DNA from: an uncultured Eudoraea sp.
GTDB taxonomy: Bacteria; Bacteroidota; Bacteroidia; Flavobacteriales; Flavobacteriaceae
Length of the DNA: 64,000 bases
NCBI RefSeq assembly: GCF_947490415.1
Contig: NZ_CANLGX010000003.1
Span: 391,821 to 455,820, forward strand
Direction: 5' to 3'
Part shown: positions 37,055-47,009 of the stretch, in pieces
How positions within the stretch are numbered: the stretch's first letter is position 1
Layout: each line of letters opens with the position of its first letter
The notes under the pieces: generated by a model
What the model saw: the letters and a program-made list of their open reading frames with translations, nothing else
Databases searched by the model: none
What the model was told of the DNA's origin: nothing
Made by a program: the position numbers and the translations under genes

Positions 37055-37930
37055 CTATTTCACCTGATAGACACGAACATAGTCGACCTCCATAACAGCA
37101 GGAAAAATGACGTCATTCACTCCTTCCAAACCTCCCCAATCTCCTCCAACAGCTATATTCATTAAAAAATAAAAAGGTCCAGAAAAAGGCCAATTTTCCA
37201 CATTAGAAATAGCCGGACGAGGAAATCTAAGCTTTATATTCTCTATATCGTCTATGTAGAATTTTAGGTACTTGTCAGTCCACAGTATGCCATAATTGTG
37301 AAATTCTTCTTCTATGGTCTCCAGTATAACCGGACCGGAAGTTACTTGGGTCCCATCTTTATGATTATTGGCAATACTGTGAATGGAAAAATGAGCCTGA
37401 TTAGGCTCAAAGCTTACGTACTCCATTATATCTATTTCACCGCAAGCAGGCCATCCTGCTGTATTAATATTACTTCCAAGCATCCACAAGGCCGGCCATA
37501 AACCGTTGCCCTTGTGATCGGGAATTTTTGCCCTGATCTCCATCCTCCCATAGGTAAAATGGGTTGTACTATTTAATCTTGCTGAAGTGTATTCAACTGT
37601 TCCCGGACCCAGTTCCATTTTTTTTGCAACTATTTTAAGTGTTCCGTTACTTACCGAAACATTATCCTCGGCTGTATAATTCTGTAGTTCATTATTGCCC
37701 CAGCCATGTGCGCCTGTCTCAGAAATCCAATTCTCTTTAGAAATCGTATCCCCATCAAATTCGTCCTGCCAAACCAAAACTGCCTTATCCCAATAGTCAG
37801 GGGCATTTACATCTGGTAAACCACTGGTATCTGTCGGACCCGGTAAAACGCCTTGCGGATCTTCCTGTGGACTGCTGGTACTGCATCCGATCAGGAAAAC
37901 CATAAAAAGGAAAATTACATTCTTATACAT
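37055..37930 (-). CDS. Glycoside hydrolase family 16 (beta-1,3-glucanase/laminarinase-like) lipoprotein
   Basis: The catalytic ExDxxE motif 'GEIDIMEY' and lipobox 'FLIGC' are present, along with 'WPALWMLG'. Confidence 0.9.
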   Translation of the reverse strand: MYKNVIFLFMVFLIGCSTSSPQEDPQGVLPGPTDTSGLPDVNAPDYWDKAVLVWQDEFDGDTISKENWISETGAHGWGNNELQNYTAEDNVSVSNGTLKIVAKKMELGPGTVEYTSARLNSTTHFTYGRMEIRAKIPDHKGNGLWPALWMLGSNINTAGWPACGEIDIMEYVSFEPNQAHFSIHSIANNHKDGTQVTSGPVILETIEEEFHNYGILWTDKYLKFYIDDIENIKLRFPRPAISNVENWPFSGPFYFLMNIAVGGDWGGLEGVNDVIFPAVMEVDYVRVYQVK

Positions 37931-38051
37931 TTTAACAAATTAGTTTGTTTTACCTTCCAAAGATAATATGAAATATTCATGCTATGGCAATTTAATGCCA
38001 ATAGGACGATCCCTATATATTCAAATATTATGATCAAAAAATATGCTTTAG

Positions 38052-40379
38052 TTAAATTTCAATGATTTCAAGCTTAGCAAATCGTAATAGCAACTTTTTT
38101 ATATCTCCTTTATCAAATTGTATTTCTGCCTTTTTATCATTGCCTGCTCCTTCAATACGCAATACCTTACCACGACCAAAACGTGTATGATTTACCAAAG
38201 TGCCTTCTGATAGATTTGGATCTATTGGATTTGTGTTTCCAATGGGTTTGGCTAATTCCGGTTTAAGTTTTCGAAGTTTTCTCAGTTGATTTTGATTGGG
38301 TTTTCCAATACCTGGTGGAACACCATTTTCAGGTTTTGACTGTCTAAGTTTTGACTTATCAACTTCACCAAAAATATCGGTATTAATTAAGGGTTTATAT
38401 CTATATGTATCTACAGGGGTCAGGTTCTCTATATACCTATCCTCTATTTCTTCAATAAAACGACTGGGTTCGGCATCAATTAATTTACCCCAGCGATATC
38501 TGTTTTGCGTGTAAGTTAGATATGCCTGTTCCTCAGCACGCGTTAGCGCAACATAGAATAACCGGCGCTCCTCTTCCAGTTCACTTCGTGTATTCATGCT
38601 CATTGCAGAAGGGAAAAGATCCTCTTCCATCCCAACAATATAAACAAAAGGAAACTCCAATCCTTTGGCAAGGTGAATGGTCATTAAAGCCACCCGATCA
38701 TCATCGCCGGTGTCCTTGTCTAAATCTGTAGCCAGCGCGACATCTTCCAAAAACTCGGTTATATCCCCTTTTGCATCTGCCAGTTCTTTTTGCCCTTCCA
38801 CAAAGTCTTTGATACCATTTAATAATTCCTCTATATTCTCCATTCGGGCAATGCCCTCGGGAGTTCCGTCCTTCTTAAACTCCAGGAGAATCCCCGTTTT
38901 CTTAGCTACATGCTCGGCCAAAGAAAAAGCATCCGCACTCTCGTTCATGATCTGAAAACTCTTAATCATATTAGTAAAATCTTCGAGTTTCCTTTTTGTA
39001 CCTGTATTTATTTTTAAATCTATTTTATCTAAATTCTCCATTACTTCAAATATAGATCTTGAGTAATGGTTTGCCGCCACGGTCAACCTATCTAAGGTGG
39101 TTTGGCCAATACCACGAGCGGGGAAATTTATAATTCTTTTTAAAGCCTCTTCATCCTTTGGGTTGATTACCAGCCTAAGATAGGATAACAAGTCCTTGAT
39201 TTCCTTTCGTTGATAAAAAGAAAGGCCTCCATAAATCCTATAAGGTATATCTCGTTTACGCAAAGCATCCTCTATAGCACGTGATTGGGAATTTGTGCGG
39301 TAAAGAACAGCAAAATCGCCATTTGCACGCTGGTTTTGCATTTTCTGTTCAAAAATAGAACCCGCCACATATCTTCCTTCCTCAGCATCAGTGGTGCTTC
39401 TGTGAAGTTTTATCTTGGTACCCTCATCATTGGCTGTCCATACTACCTTTTCCAATTGGTTCTTGTTGTTGGCAATTATAGAATTTGCAGCATTGACAAT
39501 ATTTTTGGTAGATCGGTAATTTTGTTCTAACCTATATACAGCAACATCGTCATAGTCTCTTTGAAAGTTCAAGATATTTGTGATGTTTGCCCCTCTGAAA
39601 GAGTAAATACTCTGGGCGTCATCGCCTACAACGCAAATGTTTTGAAAACGGTCTGCAAGTGCTTTTACTATAAGATATTGAGAGTGATTGGTATCCTGAT
39701 ACTCATCAACCAGAATATATCTGAACCTTTCCTGATATTTCATTAAAACTTCCGGGAAACGGCTTAATAATTCATTGGTGCGTAAAAGTAAATCATCAAA
39801 ATCCATTGCCCCGGCTTTAAAACAACGGTCTACATAGTTTTGGTAAATATCTCCTAACCTGGGCCTTTTTGCCATAGCATCTGCCTCCATTAGTTCGGGG
39901 TTTTGGAAATAGGCTTTAACCGTAATTAAACTGTTTTTGTAAGATGAAATACGATTTTGAATTTGCTTGTATTTATAAATGTCCTTGTCTAGTCCCATCT
40001 CCTTGATTATCGATGAAATTAAACGCTGTGAATCCTGGGTGTCATAAATTGTATAATTACTTGGATAACCCAATTTATCACCATCAAAACGAAGTAAACG
40101 GGCGAAAATGGAGTGAAATGTTCCCATCCATAAGTTCTTTGCTTCGGAACCTCCGACAATACCAGCAATTCTCTTTTTCATTTCTCTGGCAGCCTTGTTT
40201 GTAAAAGTTAGTGCCAGAATATTAAAGGGATCGACACCCTGCGCCATTAAGTGGGCAATTCTAAATGTAAGAACCCTGGTTTTACCTGAACCCGCCCCGG
40301 CAATAACCATTAAGGGTCCTTCCTTGTGTAAAACAGGGCCTTTTTGAGCTTCATTTAATTCATCCAGAAAGGTATTCAA
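38052..40379 (-). CDS. ATP-dependent DNA helicase, UvrD/PcrA/Rep family
   Basis: 'AGAGSGKTRVLT', 'ILVDEYQDTN', 'TIHLAKGLEFP' and 'YVALTRA' are present. TTG at 40379 is the only start codon between the upstream in-frame stop and the conserved 'LNEAQ' N-terminus. Confidence 0.93.
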   Translation of the reverse strand: MNTFLDELNEAQKGPVLHKEGPLMVIAGAGSGKTRVLTFRIAHLMAQGVDPFNILALTFTNKAAREMKKRIAGIVGGSEAKNLWMGTFHSIFARLLRFDGDKLGYPSNYTIYDTQDSQRLISSIIKEMGLDKDIYKYKQIQNRISSYKNSLITVKAYFQNPELMEADAMAKRPRLGDIYQNYVDRCFKAGAMDFDDLLLRTNELLSRFPEVLMKYQERFRYILVDEYQDTNHSQYLIVKALADRFQNICVVGDDAQSIYSFRGANITNILNFQRDYDDVAVYRLEQNYRSTKNIVNAANSIIANNKNQLEKVVWTANDEGTKIKLHRSTTDAEEGRYVAGSIFEQKMQNQRANGDFAVLYRTNSQSRAIEDALRKRDIPYRIYGGLSFYQRKEIKDLLSYLRLVINPKDEEALKRIINFPARGIGQTTLDRLTVAANHYSRSIFEVMENLDKIDLKINTGTKRKLEDFTNMIKSFQIMNESADAFSLAEHVAKKTGILLEFKKDGTPEGIARMENIEELLNGIKDFVEGQKELADAKGDITEFLEDVALATDLDKDTGDDDRVALMTIHLAKGLEFPFVYIVGMEEDLFPSAMSMNTRSELEEERRLFYVALTRAEEQAYLTYTQNRYRWGKLIDAEPSRFIEEIEDRYIENLTPVDTYRYKPLINTDIFGEVDKSKLRQSKPENGVPPGIGKPNQNQLRKLRKLKPELAKPIGNTNPIDPNLSEGTLVNHTRFGRGKVLRIEGAGNDKKAEIQFDKGDIKKLLLRFAKLEIIEI

Positions 40380-40507
40380 TTTAAAGGCATTTTATGAGGT
40401 GAATTTAGCCATAAATAACCTCATGAAAAAGTTACAAACCAATATTTATGACATTTGACTTCGTATTGTCTGCAATTTGAATATATTTAGAAAATCAATT
40501 GAACTAC

Positions 40508-41053
40508 ATGTCGAAACACTTATTTTTTAAGCTCTCATTATTCCTTCTGGTCGGATTTACTTCTATGCATTCACAAACAAAAGAATCGGGTCCGGTTATT
40601 ACAGGGTATGGGGAAGTTTGGAACATTGAGAATCCCGACTTTATTACCGATATCGCAAAAGAATACAAAGTGGTTTTTGATATTATGAACACTTCCGAAT
40701 CATCTGACCATCTGAATAAAAGTATTGAAACTGCAGCACGATTTTTAAATATGCACGCTCAGAGCGGTGTCCCAATTGCAAATCTCAAAGTTGCCCTTGT
40801 AGTTCACAATAATGCCTCTAAAGATCTTCTTAGAGGTTCTGAATATAAAAGTCGGTACGGTACAGATAATCCAAACGAAGAACTAATACAAAAACTCCTG
40901 GATGCCGGTGTTGAGATTGTCTTATGCGGTCAATCGTCAGTTGCCCGCAATGTTCCAGTTTCAGAAACCATTGATGGCGTTGAGTTGGCCTTATCTGCTA
41001 TGACCGCATTAATTCAACTTCAGGACAATGGTTTTCAACTTATAAAATTTTAA
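40508..41053 (+). CDS. DsrE/DsrF-like family protein with a signal peptide
   Basis: The N-terminus 'MSKHLFFKLSLFLLVGFTSMHSQ' looks like a signal peptide. The protein has the size and alpha/beta pattern of the DsrE family, with a 'LCGQS' cysteine. The assignment is weak. Confidence 0.5.
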   Translation: MSKHLFFKLSLFLLVGFTSMHSQTKESGPVITGYGEVWNIENPDFITDIAKEYKVVFDIMNTSESSDHLNKSIETAARFLNMHAQSGVPIANLKVALVVHNNASKDLLRGSEYKSRYGTDNPNEELIQKLLDAGVEIVLCGQSSVARNVPVSETIDGVELALSAMTALIQLQDNGFQLIKF

Positions 41054-41058
41054 TACTT

Positions 41059-42333
41059 ATGAAAAAATTAATACTTATAACAGTACTTCTTTTTGGTAGC
41101 ATATCCATTGCCCAGGAGCGGAACTTAACCAATGATTATAATCTTGTTGAAAAAAAGGTTATTGAATGGAGAAGAGAAATACACCAAAATCCGGAATTGT
41201 CCAATCGTGAATTCAAGACTGCTGAAAAAATAGCTGCACATTTAAATTCATTGGGCATAGCTGTTCAAACCGGTGTTGCTCATACCGGAGTAGTTGGTAT
41301 TTTGAAAGGCAACCAACCGGGAAAAGTTGTAGCATTAAGGGCAGATATTGATGCATTACCTGTTACTGAGCGCAACAATCTCGAATTTAAGTCTACCGTT
41401 AGTTCAGAATTTCTTGGGGAGCAGGTTGGAGTTATGCATGCATGTGGACATGACACCCATACCGCAATTTTAATGGGCGTAGCCGAGGTTCTTTCTAAAA
41501 ATAAGGATAAAATAAAAGGTACTGTGAAGTTTATTTTTCAGCCTGCAGAAGAAGGAGCGCCTCCGGGAGAAGAAGGAGGAGCACTCCTGATGGTAAAAGA
41601 AGGTGTATTAAAAAACCCGGATGTGGATGCAATTTTTGGATTGCATATTAAATCTGAAATTCCTGTAGGAGTCATTCGTTATAAATCCGGAGGTACTATG
41701 GCAGCTGCCCAACGATTTGTTATCAATGTAAAAGGAAAACAAAGTCATGGTTCACAACCCTGGTTAGGTATAGATCCAATACTTATAAGCGCAAAAATTA
41801 TAGATGGCCTGCAAACTATTATTAGTCGGGAAGCCGATCTAACCAATGAAGCGGCTGTTATCAGCGTTGGTAAAATTAAGAGCGGGGTTCGTTTTAACAT
41901 TATTCCTGAAAGTGCTGAAATGATTGGCACCATCCGGACACTGGATTATGACATGCAAAAAATGATCAATCAAAGAATGGAGGAAATGGTACCTGCTATC
42001 GCTAAAGCCTATGGGGGTGATGCAACTATAGATATCCAATCAACCACGGCCATAACCTATAATAATCCCGAACTCGTTATTCAAATGTTACCTACAATGA
42101 AACGTGTAGCAGGCCAGGAAAATATTCAAACTCAAAAAGCCATTACCGGCGCCGAGGATTTTTCTTATTTTCAACAAAAAGTGCCCGGTTTTTTCTTTTT
42201 CTTAGGCGGCATGACACCCGGATCTAGCGAATCCTTCCCACACCATACCCCTGATTTTCTCATAGACGACAGTGGATTACTGCTAGGAGTAAAAACGCTG
42301 ACTGAAATGAGTCTGGATTACTTAAATATGTAA
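41059..42333 (+). CDS. M20D-family amidohydrolase (N-acyl-L-amino acid amidohydrolase-like), secreted
   Basis: 'MHACGHDTH' and 'FQPAEEG' are present, with a signal peptide. It starts 5 nt after the DsrE-like gene. Confidence 0.88.
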   Translation: MKKLILITVLLFGSISIAQERNLTNDYNLVEKKVIEWRREIHQNPELSNREFKTAEKIAAHLNSLGIAVQTGVAHTGVVGILKGNQPGKVVALRADIDALPVTERNNLEFKSTVSSEFLGEQVGVMHACGHDTHTAILMGVAEVLSKNKDKIKGTVKFIFQPAEEGAPPGEEGGALLMVKEGVLKNPDVDAIFGLHIKSEIPVGVIRYKSGGTMAAAQRFVINVKGKQSHGSQPWLGIDPILISAKIIDGLQTIISREADLTNEAAVISVGKIKSGVRFNIIPESAEMIGTIRTLDYDMQKMINQRMEEMVPAIAKAYGGDATIDIQSTTAITYNNPELVIQMLPTMKRVAGQENIQTQKAITGAEDFSYFQQKVPGFFFFLGGMTPGSSESFPHHTPDFLIDDSGLLLGVKTLTEMSLDYLNM

Positions 42334-42502
42334 GATTGAATGTTCCACCAGCACTTATACGGATCATTTATTGCAAACATTCTACTTTAGAATACAATTT
42401 TTTGACAAAGAAAGAATTGGAGAAACTTTAAATGAGTTATTTTTGTGTCGCATTTAACAAGCTGGGTTAAAAATCCTATTTTTTAATTAATCTAAATTCC
42501 CT

Positions 42503-43276
42503 ATGAATAGAATTACTTTACTATTACTCCTTTTAGTTTTGACAGGAACTACTTTACAGGCACAAAATAAAAAAGAGCTTATAGCCCAGGTTAACAGTTT
42601 GAATGCCGAGTTGCAAAGCACTAAGGCTGAACTTACAGAATCGAAAAAAAATGAAAAAATAAGTGCCGCCAGGGCAGATTCTTTTGAAAGTCAGTTGAAA
42701 GGCTTGGAGGAAAACAATGCTACTTTATTACAAAACTTAAATAATTTCACAGCGCAATCCAATAACAAGCTAGACAACCTAAGCAGTGTAATGGAAAGTC
42801 TGAGAAAGAAAGAAGCGGAACTTAAATTTATTAACGACGCATTAACCAGTAATGACTCCATTTCACTGCTTGTGCTTACCAAATTGAAGCAAACTTTAGG
42901 GGAGAATGCAAATATCAAAGTTGAACGTGGATCAGTTGTTGTAATTATGGATCAAACCGCTTTATTTGGAGCCAATTCTAACAATACCGAATTACAAGCA
43001 GGAGCTACAGAATCTCTTAATAAAATAGCAGGAATAATTAAAGCAAATCCTGATATGGCGGTTACCCTTGAATTCCACACGGATGATGCCAGCAGCTGGG
43101 AAATTATCTATAAACAGGCCGCTTCCGTTACTCCAATTATTGGTAATACTCCCGATGTTAAAGCAGAACGAATTATGGTCTCCAGAAAAACAGACTTAGC
43201 CAATTCTTTATATATCATGCTGCACCCGGATTTCAATTCATTCTACCTTAATTTAAGACAAAACATGAAAAAATGA
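42503..43276 (+). CDS. Coiled-coil protein with a degenerate OmpA-like C-terminal domain (paralog of 35469..36320)
   Basis: It has a signal peptide and is collinear with the OmpA protein ('VERGSVVVIMDQTALF', 'LEFHTDDAS'). It lacks the 'NRRTRI' block and the Arg of 'DLSVKRS'. Confidence 0.55.
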   Translation: MNRITLLLLLLVLTGTTLQAQNKKELIAQVNSLNAELQSTKAELTESKKNEKISAARADSFESQLKGLEENNATLLQNLNNFTAQSNNKLDNLSSVMESLRKKEAELKFINDALTSNDSISLLVLTKLKQTLGENANIKVERGSVVVIMDQTALFGANSNNTELQAGATESLNKIAGIIKANPDMAVTLEFHTDDASSWEIIYKQAASVTPIIGNTPDVKAERIMVSRKTDLANSLYIMLHPDFNSFYLNLRQNMKK

Positions 43277-43393
43277 AAAAGGGAATCCTCGGATATTGTA
43301 ATAATGCAACTTTCCTATTAAGATAAAATGAAGCTATAATTTTTTGAATAATCTAACGTTCTACATCCATAAACCAAACTAAAATACCAAAAC

Positions 43394-43912
43394 ATGACTG
43401 GGGACGGAATTTTTCAACTCTTCGCATATTTAATGCCTGCCGTGGTAACCGGAGCTGTGGCTTTTTATTTTTTTAGATTACACACCAGAAACGAGGAAGG
43501 TCGCAGAAGATTTTTACTTCACAAAGATTCGCAAAAAGATGCCATGCCTATTCGTTTACAGGCCTATGAACGGATGGCGCTGTTTTTGGAACGCATCTCA
43601 ATACCCAGCTTAGTGGTGCGTGTAGCGCCCAAATCTGCCGATAAAAACGCATATGAGCAATTATTAATCCGAAGTATTGAAAACGAATTCGATCACAATT
43701 TATCACAACAGATTTATATGAGTGATGATTGCTGGAATATAATAAAGGCTGCCAAAAATGCTACGATTCAATCAATAAGAAAAGCAGGTATGAGCGAATC
43801 TGACTCGTCTGACAAGTTGCGTGAAGATATTCTGAATGAAACTATGGATAAACAATCTCCTTCGGCAACAGCTCTTGCTTTTGTGAAAAAGGAAATAGGA
43901 GAAATTTGGTAA
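43394..43912 (+). CDS. Hypothetical membrane-anchored protein
   Basis: It has a single N-terminal TM helix 'LFAYLMPAVVTGAVAFYFF'. I recognise no family motif. Confidence 0.5.
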   Translation: MTGDGIFQLFAYLMPAVVTGAVAFYFFRLHTRNEEGRRRFLLHKDSQKDAMPIRLQAYERMALFLERISIPSLVVRVAPKSADKNAYEQLLIRSIENEFDHNLSQQIYMSDDCWNIIKAAKNATIQSIRKAGMSESDSSDKLREDILNETMDKQSPSATALAFVKKEIGEIW

Positions 43913-43932
43913 TTTTTTTAAGGTAATATAAT

Positions 43933-44841
43933 TTACTGTTCCGGTTCCAAAGCACTTAATTCAACATTTTTAGTTTTTGCAAACTCATATCCATTTTCCC
44001 ACCAGGATGTCATTTTCTCCTTGTCAAAGATTAGTGAATTTGTAGTCAATACGGTTGGAGTATAATAAAAATTGATTATTGCATTATTATTATTGGCAAC
44101 GTATTTTCCAATTCTGATATTCTGACGCTCAATTCTATCTAACATAAACGCAAACATACTTGTTAGCAGGGAAAACGCATTCTTAGAAGGCATTCTGTTA
44201 AAATGAGTTATTTCAGTATGTAAAATAATTGCATCTACTTCTGTCGCCCCTCTCATAATGGCCTCTTCAATAGGGACCATACTTCCAAGTCCCCCATCGG
44301 CATACTCACAACCTTCTTTTCGTACCAAACTCATAAAAGGCGTATAATTACAAGAAATCCAAATCCATTCACAAAAATCCTCATAGCCAAAATCTTTAAT
44401 GGACTTATATTCCACGGTATTTAAAGATAGATTGGAAACCGTTACAACAATATCCTTGGGCCCTGACTTAAGAATCTCAAATTCCTCGGGGGTTATAGTA
44501 TTTTTTATAAGTTCCAAAAGATTATGGCTTTCCCCAAAAGTTCGGCTACCCTTGTAGAAATTCTTTAGTACATTCCAGTGGTTTATCCCAATATTGGCGA
44601 CACCATATTTGTTTTGGATCACAAAAGGACAATTACTGAAGATACTATCCTGATTCACCGAAGTATAAACATCTTTAATTTTTTGAACCTTTTGAAGAGC
44701 CAAGTGCGAAATTAACAAGCTTCCTGTAGACGTGCCAATGAACAGGTCGTAATTGTGGTTTAATTCCTGCATTAAGTATTGAGCAACCCCTCCTGCAAAG
44801 GCCCCTTTACTTCCACCTCCGGATATAACTAAAGCTCTCAT
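43933..44841 (-). CDS. Patatin-like phospholipase
   Basis: The oxyanion 'GGGSKGAFAGG', the nucleophile 'GTSTGS' (GxSxG) and the Asp dyad 'YADGGLG' are present. Confidence 0.88.
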   Translation of the reverse strand: MRALVISGGGSKGAFAGGVAQYLMQELNHNYDLFIGTSTGSLLISHLALQKVQKIKDVYTSVNQDSIFSNCPFVIQNKYGVANIGINHWNVLKNFYKGSRTFGESHNLLELIKNTITPEEFEILKSGPKDIVVTVSNLSLNTVEYKSIKDFGYEDFCEWIWISCNYTPFMSLVRKEGCEYADGGLGSMVPIEEAIMRGATEVDAIILHTEITHFNRMPSKNAFSLLTSMFAFMLDRIERQNIRIGKYVANNNNAIINFYYTPTVLTTNSLIFDKEKMTSWWENGYEFAKTKNVELSALEPEQ

Positions 44842-46928
44842 TCTACCTCCAGTTTACTTTGTATATAACGCAATTCTTTTCCTTTTAGTTCTTTAGACAA
44901 TATAAGAAATCGCTCTTTTTGTTTGTCGTCTTTTAATAGCCTTTCTATCAAACTTCTGGCAAAATTTCTGAATTGCCAGGAATGATGAACCGAGGCATCA
45001 ATTAAATCCAGTAAATTCTGATCTGCCAACGGAAAAACCTCAGCAAGAACAGAGAAGGCATTCTGCCGAACCTCAAAAGAATATTCAGCTGAAGTATACC
45101 CATATAATTCCTCGGCATAATCGGCTTTCTCCACATCATTTAAATAGTCTTTCGTTACTACTGCCAAAAACAACCAAAGCAAACGCACATTTTTATTAGG
45201 AAGTCCAATAACTCCTTTCGTTCTTTCTAAATATGCGATTCTATCATTTGGAAAAGATATCCACAAACGATAGAGTGCATTTTCAATTGTAATATAACTT
45301 TTATCTTCTAATAATGATTCAAATTGTTTTTTAAGTCCGGAAGGAATTCTATCGGTTGTAATACATAATGCCTGCCTTGTCTTCAAGTCTTCCGTGGTGA
45401 AAGCATTTTTTAAAAAACTTTCGGACAAAGATTTATGATAGTCCAAGATGATATTTTCTTTTATCCTGGGTGATGAATTATTATCCCATACCTTTTTAAT
45501 TAGTTGTTCATTACTTGTATTACTGGATGTCAATTCCCATTGAAGGTCAAAAAAAGTTTGCAAATCATCCGATGATGACGCAAGTAATGTCTTTACCTCT
45601 TCAAAAGGAAATTGTGTGCTTTTCAACCAAGTTTGCCCAAATTGAAGTAAGTCCAATCCACTTGCTTTTTGCATCTCTGTGATAAAATCAGATATGGTCA
45701 CATTAGAATACTGATATTTGTTCAAATACGACTGAATTCCTTCTTTAAATGCCGTATCACCCAGCATGGTTCTAAGTATATGAAGGGCCCAGGCTCCTTT
45801 TTCATAAAAGGTCAAACTGCTCGCTTTAGGATCCGTTAGCGCTTCTCCTTTTCCCTGGCTGGATAATTTTTGGAGTTGTATAGCAGAACCATAAAGTTTC
45901 CAATAAAAATAATCTTCACCGAACAGCTTTTTTTCTGCAAGCAAGGCATAGTATGTGGCAAATCCTTCATGAAGCCAGTGATGGTTCCCATCTTTTTCGG
46001 TTACGAGATTCCCAAACCACTGATGAGCCATCTCATGAGCATTCACATTTACATAATTCTTATCCACAAAAGTGATACTGTCTATTACAAACCCATCAGA
46101 AAAAATAGTAGTTCCGGTATTCTCCATCCCGGCATATAAAAAATCACGTACAGGTATCTGTTTGTAATTCTGCCACGGATAGGGTATCCCTATTTCATCT
46201 GAAAGAAAATCCAAAATTTCGCTGCTATACCTATAGGTTGGTTCTTCTTTTAAGCTGTCCCCGGGATAATAATAAAGCTCTAAAGGAATGCCGATCTTAG
46301 TTTTAAACTTCGTACTGTGATAATTCCCAATCGCAAAAGCTAGCAGATAACTACTCATTGGCTTGTTCATATCAAAGAACCAGGTTCTCAGTGAATCTTT
46401 TGTAAGCGTATCCTTTAATTTACCATTTGCAATAACTTCATACTCTTTATCAAAGGTGAGACTAAGGTCAAACTCCACTTTTTCATTCATATCATCAAAA
46501 CTGGGAAGCCAGTGACTGGTATATTTTCCCTGGCCCTGAGTCCATATTTGATTATTATCAGGTATTGAGTCTTCCCATCCTAAAAAGTAAACCGTTTGCT
46601 CTGGAATTGTGGAATAAGTCAATGTTAACTTATACGTTTGGTCTGATTTAAGTTTTTTATAAAAAACTATTTTTTCTTTAGTATTTGCATGTCGTACTTT
46701 TTTGCCATTCAATAAAACAGATGAGAAGTCCATGTTTTTGGCATCCAAAAAAACAGAATCCGTCTTATGGAGTACTTTAAACAAATAAGTTACTTGACCA
46801 TTTATTCTTTTATATTCTGGATCTGGCAATATATCTATATCCGCTTTAAAAAAATCTACTGAAGGTTGCGGCTGACTAAATACAAAACCCGTAAAAAGAA
46901 CGAATAAAAGAACATTAATTAAATTCAT
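44838..46928 (-). CDS. M1-family zinc aminopeptidase (secreted)
   Basis: 'GMENTG' and 'HEMAHQWFGN' followed after X18 by 'WLHEGFATY' are present, with a signal peptide. Confidence 0.9.
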   Translation of the reverse strand: MNLINVLLFVLFTGFVFSQPQPSVDFFKADIDILPDPEYKRINGQVTYLFKVLHKTDSVFLDAKNMDFSSVLLNGKKVRHANTKEKIVFYKKLKSDQTYKLTLTYSTIPEQTVYFLGWEDSIPDNNQIWTQGQGKYTSHWLPSFDDMNEKVEFDLSLTFDKEYEVIANGKLKDTLTKDSLRTWFFDMNKPMSSYLLAFAIGNYHSTKFKTKIGIPLELYYYPGDSLKEEPTYRYSSEILDFLSDEIGIPYPWQNYKQIPVRDFLYAGMENTGTTIFSDGFVIDSITFVDKNYVNVNAHEMAHQWFGNLVTEKDGNHHWLHEGFATYYALLAEKKLFGEDYFYWKLYGSAIQLQKLSSQGKGEALTDPKASSLTFYEKGAWALHILRTMLGDTAFKEGIQSYLNKYQYSNVTISDFITEMQKASGLDLLQFGQTWLKSTQFPFEEVKTLLASSSDDLQTFFDLQWELTSSNTSNEQLIKKVWDNNSSPRIKENIILDYHKSLSESFLKNAFTTEDLKTRQALCITTDRIPSGLKKQFESLLEDKSYITIENALYRLWISFPNDRIAYLERTKGVIGLPNKNVRLLWLFLAVVTKDYLNDVEKADYAEELYGYTSAEYSFEVRQNAFSVLAEVFPLADQNLLDLIDASVHHSWQFRNFARSLIERLLKDDKQKERFLILSKELKGKELRYIQSKLEVE

Positions 46929-47009
46929 ATTTGTTATTATACAATTGTCAGACCAAAATTAGCATTTTGCGGTATTGCAGTTGTATGCTGTAACCATTAT
47001 TTTCGCTCC

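Noticed and set aside
40394-40424. A small inverted repeat (ATGAGGT ... ACCTCAT) lies between the UvrD-like start and the DsrE-like gene.
   Set aside because: The stem is only 7 bp with a 17-nt loop, and there is no flanking T-run or second copy. That is too weak to call a regulatory structure.
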